DNA of 33,187 nucleotides, taken from positions 1-33,187 of the IMG/VR virus record IMGVR_UViG_3300027815_000159. One strand, written 5' to 3'. The position numbers were made by a program, and so were the translations under genes. Shown here piece after piece: positions 1 to 8,322 of the stretch. Under the pieces are notes generated by a model that made no database searches, was not told where the DNA came from, and saw only the letters and a list, made by a program, of their open reading frames with translations. Within the stretch, counting starts at the first letter, position 1; each line of letters opens with the position of its first letter. The DNA comes from a virus (lineage: Duplodnaviria > Caudoviricetes).

Positions 1-135
1 CGCATCTGGGTGGAACAGCCGACCGCCATGGTGTTTGTCACCCATTCGATCGAGGAAGCCGTGCTGCTCGGCCACCGGGTGATCGTGCTCAAAGGCAGGC
101 CGTCGAGCATCCACGAGACCGTCGTCATCGATCTC
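1..135 (+). pseudogene. C-terminal fragment of a NitT/TauT-type ABC transporter ATP-binding protein, fused in frame to the phage ATPase
   Basis: Frame 1 reads RIWVEQPTAMVFVTHSIEEAVLLGHRVIVLKGRPSSIHETVVIDL, the H-loop (VFVTHSIEEA) and RVIVL-x-GRP tail typical of these ABC ATPases. Confidence 0.75.
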
Positions 136-861
136 GAGGCCGGCATGAAGTCGCTACAGGGCTGGGGCGGAGATTCGATCCCGGTGCGCACCTTCAAGGA
201 AGCAGCCGATGTTGCTTGCCTGGTCGGCGGCATCGATCCGGCCGCCGATCCGAACGGCTTTCTGTCGGCCGCGCATCACGAGCACGTCAGTCGTGAGTAT
301 CCCGACCTGGCGCGCACGCTTCCCGCCAAGCGCTACGTCTTCGTCGATTCGATCACGGATCTCACGCGCCAGGCAATGGCCTGGTCGAAGACACGGCCCG
401 AGGCGTTCTCGGAGCGCACCGGCAAACCCGATACCCGCGGCGCCTACGGCTTGCTGGCCCGAGAGACCATCGGTCTCCTCAAGCATCTGCAGCACGCACC
501 CGGAAAGACCGTGATCTTCGTCGGCATCCTGGAGCGCATCGTCGACGAGTTCAGCCGCGAGACGTTCCAGCCGCAGATGGAGGGCAGCAAGGTCGCGCGC
601 GAACTGCCCGGCATCGTCGATCAGGTGATGACGCTGTCGCTGTTCGATCGCGACCCCGGATCCGGGTCCGGGACAGGCTCCGACGGCTGGCGGCACAATC
701 CGGTGAACGGCGCCGAGCGCCGCTTGGTCTGCCGCTCCGGGAATATGTGGGGGCTGCCGGCCAAGGATCGCTCCGGCAACCTCGAAGAGACCGAACCGCC
801 GAATCTGATGGCGGTGCTGACGAAAGCGAATAAGGCGCGCGGTAGTCCGGCCGCCGGCTGA
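1..861 (+). CDS. Phage AAA_24 / Sak4-like ATPase; native N-terminus with Walker A absent or replaced
   Basis: IDLEAG, Walker B YVFVDSIT, ELPGIVDQV and PAKDRSG motifs; frame open from position 1; no GKT/GKS Walker A visible. Confidence 0.8.
   Translation, partial: RIWVEQPTAMVFVTHSIEEAVLLGHRVIVLKGRPSSIHETVVIDLEAGMKSLQGWGGDSIPVRTFKEAADVACLVGGIDPAADPNGFLSAAHHEHVSREYPDLARTLPAKRYVFVDSITDLTRQAMAWSKTRPEAFSERTGKPDTRGAYGLLARETIGLLKHLQHAPGKTVIFVGILERIVDEFSRETFQPQMEGSKVARELPGIVDQVMTLSLFDRDPGSGSGTGSDGWRHNPVNGAERRLVCRSGNMWGLPAKDRSGNLEETEPPNLMAVLTKANKARGSPAAG
652..681. repeat. REP-like palindromic element within the ATPase CDS
   Basis: GACCCCGGATCCGGGTCCGGGACAGGCTCC, translated DPGSGSGTGS; degenerate relative of the hairpins at 19090 and 21374. 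Confidence 0.5.
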
Positions 862-955
862 CACGACACGACGAATTTCAACCGAGTGTTCGCCTGCGCA
901 TCGGAGCGCCGGACAGGACCCTCATGTGCTTAACGATCAACCCGAGGACAAAGCC

Positions 956-1750
956 ATGTTCGACTTCAACGGCGTCGATCCCGCAAAGCCCAATGAACCC
1001 ATTCCCGACGGCGCCTTCGCCAAGGTGATCATGACCGTCCGCCCCGGCGGGCTCGACGGCGAGAGCCCGATCGACCGGGGCCTGCTCACCGCGTCGCGTG
1101 CAGAAGGCTCCGACGTCGTGCAGCTCGACTGCGAGTTCACAATCCTGGAAGGGCCGTTCGCCCGGCGCAAGTTCTGGCGTCGCTTCGTCGTGTCGGGCGG
1201 CAAGGTCGACGAGCAAGGCGTCTCGATCGGCTGGAAGATCACGAAGTCCGCGCTGCGATCGATCCTCGACTCTGCCCATGGCCTCGACCCGAAGGACGAA
1301 AGCCCGACCGCACAGGCGCGACGCCGGATCGGCGGCTTCTTCGACCTCAACAACCTGACTTTCATCGCCAAGATCGCGACGGACGACGAAGGACGCAGCG
1401 AGCTCGACGCTGCGATTACGCGCGACCGCGCCGAATGGGCCAAGGTAATGGCGGGCGAGATCGTGCCGCCGAAGCCCGGCGCCCGGCGCAAGTCCACCGG
1501 TCAGCGACCGGGAGCTGCCAGCGGTGCCGCCCAACAGCCGGCGTGGCAGCGGGGTGGAACGCCGCCGGCATCTCCGCCGCAGAGTGGCGCGCAGGCGGGC
1601 ACACGCGGCCAGACGCCGTCCTCCGCGCCTGTGCCCGCCAGCCCACCGGCTTCGCAACCCGTGGGCGCGACAGGCCCGACGTCCGGCCAGCAGACGGCGC
1701 CGGGACCTGGCGCGCCGCGGAAACCCGGGCCCGCATGGCTGAACGAGTGA
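956..1750 (+). CDS. Phage SSB-like / DUF669-like protein with Pro/Ala/Gln-rich tail
   Basis: GAGGA upstream of ATG 956; LDCEFTILEGPFARRKFW core, disordered tail ending PAWLNE; follows the Sak4-like ATPase. Confidence 0.7.
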   Translation: MFDFNGVDPAKPNEPIPDGAFAKVIMTVRPGGLDGESPIDRGLLTASRAEGSDVVQLDCEFTILEGPFARRKFWRRFVVSGGKVDEQGVSIGWKITKSALRSILDSAHGLDPKDESPTAQARRRIGGFFDLNNLTFIAKIATDDEGRSELDAAITRDRAEWAKVMAGEIVPPKPGARRKSTGQRPGAASGAAQQPAWQRGGTPPASPPQSGAQAGTRGQTPSSAPVPASPPASQPVGATGPTSGQQTAPGPGAPRKPGPAWLNE

Positions 1751-1756
1751 ATACCG

Positions 1757-2023
1757 ATGAGGAAGCCACCCGAGCACCACCGTGAGCCCAGCCCCGACGA
1801 CATTTGGCTCGACCACGTGAGGGCGGAATGCGCAAAGGCCGTTGGCGAATGGCTCGAAGGATCGGTTCGCCTGGAGCGGCCGATCCGCAGCCTGACCTTC
1901 TTCGAGCTGCAGTGCATCGCCGAGGCAGCGACGAGCCGGTGGATCGTGCTGGCGTCACAGCGGATCGCGGAACGGCCCGGCGCGCCCGAGTCGCGGAGGC
2001 TCTCGACGCTGCTCCTGGGCTGA
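1757..2023 (+). CDS. Hypothetical phage protein (88 aa)
   Basis: Tightly packed between neighbours in operon orientation with GC-rich third codon positions. Confidence 0.65.
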   Translation: MRKPPEHHREPSPDDIWLDHVRAECAKAVGEWLEGSVRLERPIRSLTFFELQCIAEAATSRWIVLASQRIAERPGAPESRRLSTLLLG

Positions 2024-2364
2024 GGGCCTGCCGGATCTGCGGCCGCGCCGGTCGGGGCTTCTTCTACACGCATCACCTGAGACCCGACCGTTACCCGACT
2101 TTCGCCTTCTGCTCTCGCGCCTGCCAGGAGGCCGGCGCTGCCATCGCCAAGAGGATGAATGGGATGATCGACAAGACCCAAATCGAGGCGCGCGCGATCA
2201 AGGCGACGCGCGCCATCTTCGCCGAAACGATCGAGGACCTCGGCCTCATGCCGGCGTTCGAGGGCCGCAGCGCGGCGGAGATCGACCGGATCATCGAGGC
2301 CTGCGTCGATGGGTTTCGCGAGGCGATGGGCCGGGTCGCGATGAACGACGATCTGCCGTTTTGA
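2020..2364 (+). CDS. DUF6511-like phage protein with N-terminal Cys motifs; start uncertain
   Basis: CRICG...FCSRACQ followed by MIDKTQIEARAI...IIEACVDGF; ends NDDLPF; in-frame CTG at 2020 overlaps the upstream TGA, alternative ATG at 2155. Confidence 0.7.
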   Translation: MRACRICGRAGRGFFYTHHLRPDRYPTFAFCSRACQEAGAAIAKRMNGMIDKTQIEARAIKATRAIFAETIEDLGLMPAFEGRSAAEIDRIIEACVDGFREAMGRVAMNDDLPF

Positions 2365-2377
2365 GGGAGAGAAAGTC

Positions 2378-2818
2378 GTGATCGATTTCAATAACGACGG
2401 TCTCGTACCTGATTTTACGCGGACAAAGATCTGCAGTACGTGCCGCGCGAGGAAATGGCTGGTCGCGTTCCCGCGCCGATCCCTCTGCAAGTCCGACGGT
2501 CGAGCTGCGGTCTGCAAGGATTGCCATCGAGAATACATGCGCTCCTACGCAAAGAATAAGCGCTACCCCTCGCTCCATGCTGAACGGCAACGGGTATGGC
2601 GCGCTCGCAACCGCGATCGCGCGCGAGCTCACGGCGTGGTCAAGCGTGCGGTCAAGACGGGGATGCTGTCCAAACCCCCGCAATGCCTCGCTTGTGGCGC
2701 ATACGGGTCACTCGAAGCACACCACCCAGACTATTCGTGTCCACTTGATGTCGTTTGGCTTTGCAGTCGATGCCACGGTCTTCGCCACCGCAATGGCAGT
2801 CGGGGCCGCAAGTCATGA
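2378..2818 (+). CDS. HNH-like zinc-binding endonuclease
   Basis: CSTC/CKDC pair then CLACG...LEAHHPDY...VVWLCSRCH; GGGAG upstream of GTG; more A/T-ending codons than neighbours. Confidence 0.7.
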   Translation: MIDFNNDGLVPDFTRTKICSTCRARKWLVAFPRRSLCKSDGRAAVCKDCHREYMRSYAKNKRYPSLHAERQRVWRARNRDRARAHGVVKRAVKTGMLSKPPQCLACGAYGSLEAHHPDYSCPLDVVWLCSRCHGLRHRNGSRGRKS

Positions 2819-3603
2819 ACATGGTCATCGATTTGAACCGGGGCTCCGGCTTCGTCTATGGCGCATCGGCCGCACCGCCGTTGATCGGCGAGCGAATCGA
2901 TGCGCTCGTTGACGTGGCGCTCCTCGCCGAGCGGGCCGCAGTGCCGCCGCGGAACTATCTCGGCGCTTCGCGCATCGGCGAGCCGTGCGCGCGCCGGCTC
3001 TGCTACGAGCTGATGCAAACGCCGGTCGACGACGGCGCCGATTTTTCCGGACGAATGCTGCGCATCTTTGAGGCCGGGCATCGCTTCGAGGAAATGACCA
3101 TCCGCTGGCTGCGGCTTGCCGGCTTCGATTTGCACACGCACAAGCGCAACGGCGAGCAGTTCGGCTTCTCGGTCGCCGGCGGCCACTTCGGCGGCCACAT
3201 CGACGGGGTCATCGTCGGCGGTCCAGACATCGGCATCGAGTACCCGGTTCTTCTCGAACATAAGGCGCTGAGGTCCTCCTCCTGGCAAGAAGTCGTCAAG
3301 CAGGGAGTCAAAGCTTCGAAACCGATCTATTGGGCGCAGGTCCAGGTCTACATGGCCTACCTCGCCGTCGAGCGCACGCTGTTTGTCGCGCTGGACAAGG
3401 ATACGGAAGCGCTCCGCTACGAGCTTGTCGCCTTCGATCCCCCGGCGGCGCAGGCGCTCTCCGACAAGGCGGTCGCCATAATCCGCGCCGTCGCAGTGGG
3501 CGAGCTCCTGCCGCGCATCTCCGACGACCCCGACTTCTTCATCTGCACTTTCTGTCTATACCGCATCCGCTGCCACGCGCTCGCACCGGGAGGCACCGCA
3601 TGA
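2815..3603 (+). CDS. Cas4-like PD-(D/E)XK exonuclease
   Basis: YLGASRIGEPCARRL, HIDG...EHK, QVQVYM and C-terminal CTFCLYRIRC; ATGA overlaps at both ends. Confidence 0.85.
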   Translation: MNMVIDLNRGSGFVYGASAAPPLIGERIDALVDVALLAERAAVPPRNYLGASRIGEPCARRLCYELMQTPVDDGADFSGRMLRIFEAGHRFEEMTIRWLRLAGFDLHTHKRNGEQFGFSVAGGHFGGHIDGVIVGGPDIGIEYPVLLEHKALRSSSWQEVVKQGVKASKPIYWAQVQVYMAYLAVERTLFVALDKDTEALRYELVAFDPPAAQALSDKAVAIIRAVAVGELLPRISDDPDFFICTFCLYRIRCHALAPGGTA

Positions 3604-4904
3604 CCATCACCCTCTCCGACAAGCAGTGCGCGGCGATCACCACGATCAAGGACTGGTTCGAGAACCGCACGAAGGACCAGCAGATTTGCCGCGTATTCGG
3701 GTACGCCGGCGCCGGCAAAAGCACGATCGTCAAGTATGCAATCGAGGAATTGGGCCTGGCCACCCCCGAATCCGGATCGAAGATCGGCGAAGTGCTCTAT
3801 GCGGCGTTCACCGGCAAGGCCGCGCTGGTGATGACCCGCAAGGGCACGCCTGCCTCGACGATCCATTCGCTCATCTACCGCGTCTCCGAGGCGAGCCCGC
3901 AGGAGATCGAGAAGCTCAAGGCCGAAGTCGCCGAGATCCACGCGAAGCTGCCATCGCTCGGTGTCGGCGAACGCCTGTTCGAGGAATCCCGCCTCCGGTC
4001 GCTCGAGCTGCGCCTGAAGGACGTGCACAAGCCGCGCTTCGTGCTCAATTCCGAATCCGTCCTGCGCGACGCCAAGCTGCTGGTGCTCGACGAGGTGTCC
4101 ATGGTCGGCGCGGAGATGGCGCGCGACCTCCTCGCTTTCGGCAAGCCAACGCTGGTCCTGGGCGATCCCGGCCAGCTCCCGCCGGTCAAAGGCGAAGGTG
4201 CATTCGACACTGACGCTCCCGACGTGATGCTTTCCGAAGTGCACCGGCAGGCCGGCGACAGCGCCATCATCCGCCTCGCCACCTGGGCGCGCGAGGGAAA
4301 GCCGATCCCCTACGGCGAGCACGATGCCTTCGTATGGAAGATGCGCCGCACCGATGTCGATGCGTCCGGTCTGCTCAATGCCGGCCAGGTGATCTGCGGG
4401 CGCAATGCGACGCGCGTCCAGCTCAACCTCGCCATGAAGCAGGCCGCCGGCTTCGACAGCCTCTATCCGACCGGCGCAGGCGAAAAGCTCATCTGCCTGC
4501 GGAACCGCAACGACATCGGGCTGGTCAACGGGATGTTCGTCATCCTCGACGACATCCAGGAGGACGGCGACGAGATCGCCTTCAAGGCTGTAATCACCAC
4601 CGAGGATGGGCGTCAGGTCGGCGGCGAGACGAACGGCAAGCGCGAACGCTTCCGAATCTATCGCGGTCACTTCGACGATCACGTGTCGCCGGACCCCGAT
4701 CGAGATCGGCGCGACCACCACAAGAAGCGCGCGACGATCGAGTGCGTCTGGGGCTGGGCCATCACCTGCCACAAGGCGCAGGGCTCGCAATTCGAGAACA
4801 TCGCCGTGTTCGACGACGGGCTCGGGCGCACGCCGCAGGACCGGGCGCGCTGGCTCTACACCGCCATCACCCGCGCCGAGCGCGGGCTGGTGCTGCTCGA
4901 TTGA
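3600..4904 (+). CDS. RecD/Dda-like SF1B DNA helicase
   Basis: GYAGAGKST, AFTGKAA, LDEVSMV, GDPGQLPPV, EVHRQ, TCHKAQGSQF, WLYTAITRA. Confidence 0.92.
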   Translation: MTITLSDKQCAAITTIKDWFENRTKDQQICRVFGYAGAGKSTIVKYAIEELGLATPESGSKIGEVLYAAFTGKAALVMTRKGTPASTIHSLIYRVSEASPQEIEKLKAEVAEIHAKLPSLGVGERLFEESRLRSLELRLKDVHKPRFVLNSESVLRDAKLLVLDEVSMVGAEMARDLLAFGKPTLVLGDPGQLPPVKGEGAFDTDAPDVMLSEVHRQAGDSAIIRLATWAREGKPIPYGEHDAFVWKMRRTDVDASGLLNAGQVICGRNATRVQLNLAMKQAAGFDSLYPTGAGEKLICLRNRNDIGLVNGMFVILDDIQEDGDEIAFKAVITTEDGRQVGGETNGKRERFRIYRGHFDDHVSPDPDRDRRDHHKKRATIECVWGWAITCHKAQGSQFENIAVFDDGLGRTPQDRARWLYTAITRAERGLVLLD

Positions 4905-4915
4905 GGCGCTGGCAG

Positions 4916-7840
4916 ATGCTCGACTTCAACGGTACAGAGCCCGCGCGACCCTTCGAGCGATTCAACCTCGATGCGATCGTCGAGGCGTTGCGACGCGACG
5001 CCAAGGTCTGGATGCCGCGGCATTTCCCGAAGGGACGGCGAGAAGGAGCCGAATGGCGGCTCGCCAATATTCACGGGGCGCCACCGCGCAAACAGGGCTC
5101 GTGCGTCATCGCGCTCGATGGTCCTAATGCCGGCGACTGGATCGATTTCGATGGCTCGGGCTCCGGTGGGCCGCTGTCGGCGCTCGAACATGCCACTGGC
5201 TTGAAAGGCCGTGAACTCTACGCTTACGCGGCTGACCTCGTTGGCTTGTCCGCGCAAGCCGAAAGCACTGCGAAGAAGAAGCGTGCGAATGGAGCTGCGC
5301 CAACGAACGGAGCCGTCGAGCGTCGCTCCACGAGCGATGCTCGGGATGCAGCGGTCGCGACCGAGATCCGGCACATCCTCGCACGCTCCGTGCCGGTCGC
5401 GGGCACGCTGGCCGAGGCTTACTTGCGCAGCCGAGGTGTGAGTCCGCCGACCACCGAGGACCTACGTTTCGTCGCCGATCTCACGCATTTCGAGACGCAA
5501 ACCGGCTGGCCCGGCATGGTCGGCATCGTGCGCGGCACGCACGGCGAGATCATCGGCCTTCATCGCACCTATCTCGCGCTCGACGGCTCGGCCAAGGCGC
5601 CGCTCACAGCGGCTCGCATGTCGCTTGGACAGATTGGCGGCGGCCTCGTTCGATTGGCGGCGCCCAAGGACGGGCTGATCGGCATCGCCGAGGGCATCGA
5701 GACCGCGCTCGCGGTCATGACTACTTGTCCGCGATTGCCGCTATGGGCCGCGCTCTCGGCCGGCAACATCCGCGAGCTCACACTTCCGGCGGAGATCGAC
5801 CGGATCGTCATCTGCGCCGACCATGACGCAAGCCGCGTGGGCTTAGAGGCGGCACGAAAGCTTGCCGCTCAACTGGTCGATCGCGGAAAGCGTGTCTGGA
5901 CCGCCCTGCCGCCGAGCGCTGACGACGACTTCAACGATCTACTCGTGCGCGAAGGGACCGAGGCAGTTCGCGCCGTCATCGAGGCCGCCGAAGAGTTTGT
6001 CATCGCCAGCCCGCTCCTCGGCGCCATGATCGTCGATCAGGATGCGAAGCCCGCCCGCACGATCGACGATATCGGGAAGCTCTTTCCGCTGCCACAGTTG
6101 GAGGACCTGAGCCTTGCATACCGCAGGGGCCGAGAAGGTAGGATTCTCCTCTTCAAGTCGGCGGGTCGCGACAAGCTCGGAGCCGAGCGATGGCTGGCGA
6201 TGACCACGCCGTTCGGCACTGTCGCACGGCTGCGCTATCTCGATCACGACGAGGCGTTCGGGTTGCGCGTCCACATCGACGCCATGGATGGCCGCACCCG
6301 CGCCGTCGATTTCGATCGCGCGGCTCTCGCCCGGCTGGGAGCGTCGGAAATCCGGGCGGCGCTGTTCTCGGCCGGCATGCGGACGGAGAACGACGGCGAC
6401 CAGGTCGCGGTCCAGATACTCAAGGCGGCCGATCCCGCGGACGAGATCCTGGTGGTCTCGCGCCCCGGCTGGCATCGCCTCGACGGCCGCGATCACCCCG
6501 TTTTCGTGACGCCCGCGGGCACGGCAATCGGTGATGAGACTGGACGACGGCTCGAACTCGCAACGAACGCGCGCTTTGGGGCAACCACGCGCGGCTCGAT
6601 GGAAGGATGGAAGTCCGCTATTGCGGCGGCTGTTTCGGCGAAGGGCTGTCCGCACTTCATCCTCGGCTTGCTCGCGGGCTTTGCCGGGGTCGTGCAGTCG
6701 CTCGCAGGCCTCGACAGCTGCGGCATCAACCTGAGCGGCCTGTCGTCGAGCGGAAAGACCACCGCGCAGCGCCTGGCGGTGTCCGCGTGGACGTCGCCTT
6801 CGATCGGCGCCGGCCTGCTGCAGTCGATGCGCTCGACCGAGAATGCGGTCGAGGTGTTCGCCCAGGCCGCGTCCGGCACGGTGCTCGCGCTCGATGAGCT
6901 GGCCCATGCCGACGGCCGCGCCATCGGCCGGCTGATCTACGCCATTGCCGGCGGCCAGGGGAAGGCCCGGCTCACGGCAGGCGCGATCCTCAAACACCGC
7001 TACGCCTGGTCGACGTTTGCGGTGCTTTCGAGCGAGTGCTCGCTCGAAGAGAAGGTCCGCGCCGACGGTGCATCCTGGATCGCCGGCATGGCCGTGCGCA
7101 TCCTCGACGTCGACGTCACCGACGTCGACCGCACGCTTGGCCAGAACATCATTCGCGATATCGGCGCGGTCGAGCGCCACCACGGTCATGCTGGTCCAGC
7201 CTTCGTCGAACGGCTCATTGCCGCCAAGCTGCACCACAAGCCGGATGCGTTGCGCGAGCGCGTGATGGATTTCGCACGGCGGCTGGCCGGCGAGCGTGCC
7301 GACGCCGCACGTCTTCGCGCCGCGACCTGCCTGGCGCTGCCGTTCGTCGCAGGCCAGCTGGCGCAAGACTTCGACCTTCTGCCGTGGTCGATCGATCTCG
7401 AAGCGCCAGTGCGATGGGCGTGGGAACGCTTCCAGAAATCGTCCGATGCCGAGGCCTTGGCGCCCGACGAGCAGGCCATCGCAAGCCTGCGCGCATGGAT
7501 CGCCGAACGCTGGGACGTGACGATCAAGTCCGTCGATACCGGCACCGACGGTTTCGACCGCAAGCTCAACAACCGCGAGGCCGTCGCCTGGTACGACGAC
7601 ACGGCGATCTACATGCCGGTCCAGCGCTTGCGCGAAGCGTCCGGCGAGACGCTCAAGGCGCAACAGGTCGTCAAGGCCCTCGTCGATAGAAACCTCCTGG
7701 ACAAGCGGCAGGATGGCCGGCGCGCCGCGGTGCGTTGGGTTCCGAAGATCGGGCGCGTCGACGCCTATGCGCTCAAGCGCTCCGAGTTCGGGCGGCGCCA
7801 GACCTGGTTCGGCGACGAGAACGACGGGAGCGGACCATGA
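4916..7840 (+). CDS. Toprim primase fused to DUF927 helicase/ATPase
   Basis: AEAYLRSRG, LHRTYL, IAEGIETAL, ICADHD, DDFNDL (Toprim); then SRPGWH, GLSSSGKTT, LALDEL, HHGHAGPAF (DUF927). The longer ORF from 4334 overlaps the helicase. Confidence 0.88.
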   Translation: MLDFNGTEPARPFERFNLDAIVEALRRDAKVWMPRHFPKGRREGAEWRLANIHGAPPRKQGSCVIALDGPNAGDWIDFDGSGSGGPLSALEHATGLKGRELYAYAADLVGLSAQAESTAKKKRANGAAPTNGAVERRSTSDARDAAVATEIRHILARSVPVAGTLAEAYLRSRGVSPPTTEDLRFVADLTHFETQTGWPGMVGIVRGTHGEIIGLHRTYLALDGSAKAPLTAARMSLGQIGGGLVRLAAPKDGLIGIAEGIETALAVMTTCPRLPLWAALSAGNIRELTLPAEIDRIVICADHDASRVGLEAARKLAAQLVDRGKRVWTALPPSADDDFNDLLVREGTEAVRAVIEAAEEFVIASPLLGAMIVDQDAKPARTIDDIGKLFPLPQLEDLSLAYRRGREGRILLFKSAGRDKLGAERWLAMTTPFGTVARLRYLDHDEAFGLRVHIDAMDGRTRAVDFDRAALARLGASEIRAALFSAGMRTENDGDQVAVQILKAADPADEILVVSRPGWHRLDGRDHPVFVTPAGTAIGDETGRRLELATNARFGATTRGSMEGWKSAIAAAVSAKGCPHFILGLLAGFAGVVQSLAGLDSCGINLSGLSSSGKTTAQRLAVSAWTSPSIGAGLLQSMRSTENAVEVFAQAASGTVLALDELAHADGRAIGRLIYAIAGGQGKARLTAGAILKHRYAWSTFAVLSSECSLEEKVRADGASWIAGMAVRILDVDVTDVDRTLGQNIIRDIGAVERHHGHAGPAFVERLIAAKLHHKPDALRERVMDFARRLAGERADAARLRAATCLALPFVAGQLAQDFDLLPWSIDLEAPVRWAWERFQKSSDAEALAPDEQAIASLRAWIAERWDVTIKSVDTGTDGFDRKLNNREAVAWYDDTAIYMPVQRLREASGETLKAQQVVKALVDRNLLDKRQDGRRAAVRWVPKIGRVDAYALKRSEFGRRQTWFGDENDGSGP

Positions 7841-7884
7841 TCGCTCCTCGTCCGCTTCCAGTTGGACAAGCACGAGATTGCCGC

Positions 7885-8200
7885 GTGGCCAGTGTGGCTC
7901 CGGTGGCCACGCCAGCGTATTTCCGCGCAAAACCCGTGACCACATGTGCCACGGTGGCAACTCCTTTGGCCACGCTTAAGCGATTGAGATCGCTGGCGAA
8001 TGGCCACACCAGCCACAAGTACCACCGGCCGAGGACAAGTTATAGGAATCGGATTGTTGTTTTGCGTTCCACGATTCATGGAAGGGTCGCGCGTAGTATC
8101 TCTTCTTCTATAGTGGATAGAGTGGAGAGTGTGGCCAGTCGCCAACTCTTTCAACCACTTAGGCGTAGCCACCACGATTTGCGCAGTGGCCAGTGTGGCA
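7885..8200. repeat. Putative replication origin: GTGGC/GCCAC repeats around an AT-richer core
   Basis: GTGGCCAGTGTGGC at 7885-7898 and 8186-8199, many GTGGC/GCCAC copies, AT-richer 8035-8120; directly after the primase-helicase. Confidence 0.65.
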
Positions 8201-8322
8201 CCGGCTGCGCACCCGCCGTACATGCGTGGCAAAGCCGCGCACCGCCCCGATCGGATGCCAACGACGCACATTCTCGCTGTTCAAGGGCAGCGAGTGCGAA
8301 ACCGCATCCGAGGATCACATCG

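Noticed and set aside
4334-4915. 194-aa N-terminal extension of the primase ORF
   Set aside because: Overlaps the helicase in another frame; ATG 4916 follows the helicase stop and has GAGG upstream.
5939-7960. Long antisense ORFs (673 aa here; also 14356-16230, 15962-17542, 3417-4790)
   Set aside because: Shadow frames of well-supported + strand genes in high-GC DNA, with no recognisable motifs.
7885-8200. CRISPR array to accompany the Cas4-like gene
   Set aside because: Repeats are only 5-14 bp, irregularly spaced and in both orientations; no cas1/cas2.
7735-8322. N-terminal extension of the RuvC-like ORF through the repeat region
   Set aside because: No motif and atypical composition; better explained as non-coding origin, although a short ORF from ATG 7837 cannot be excluded.
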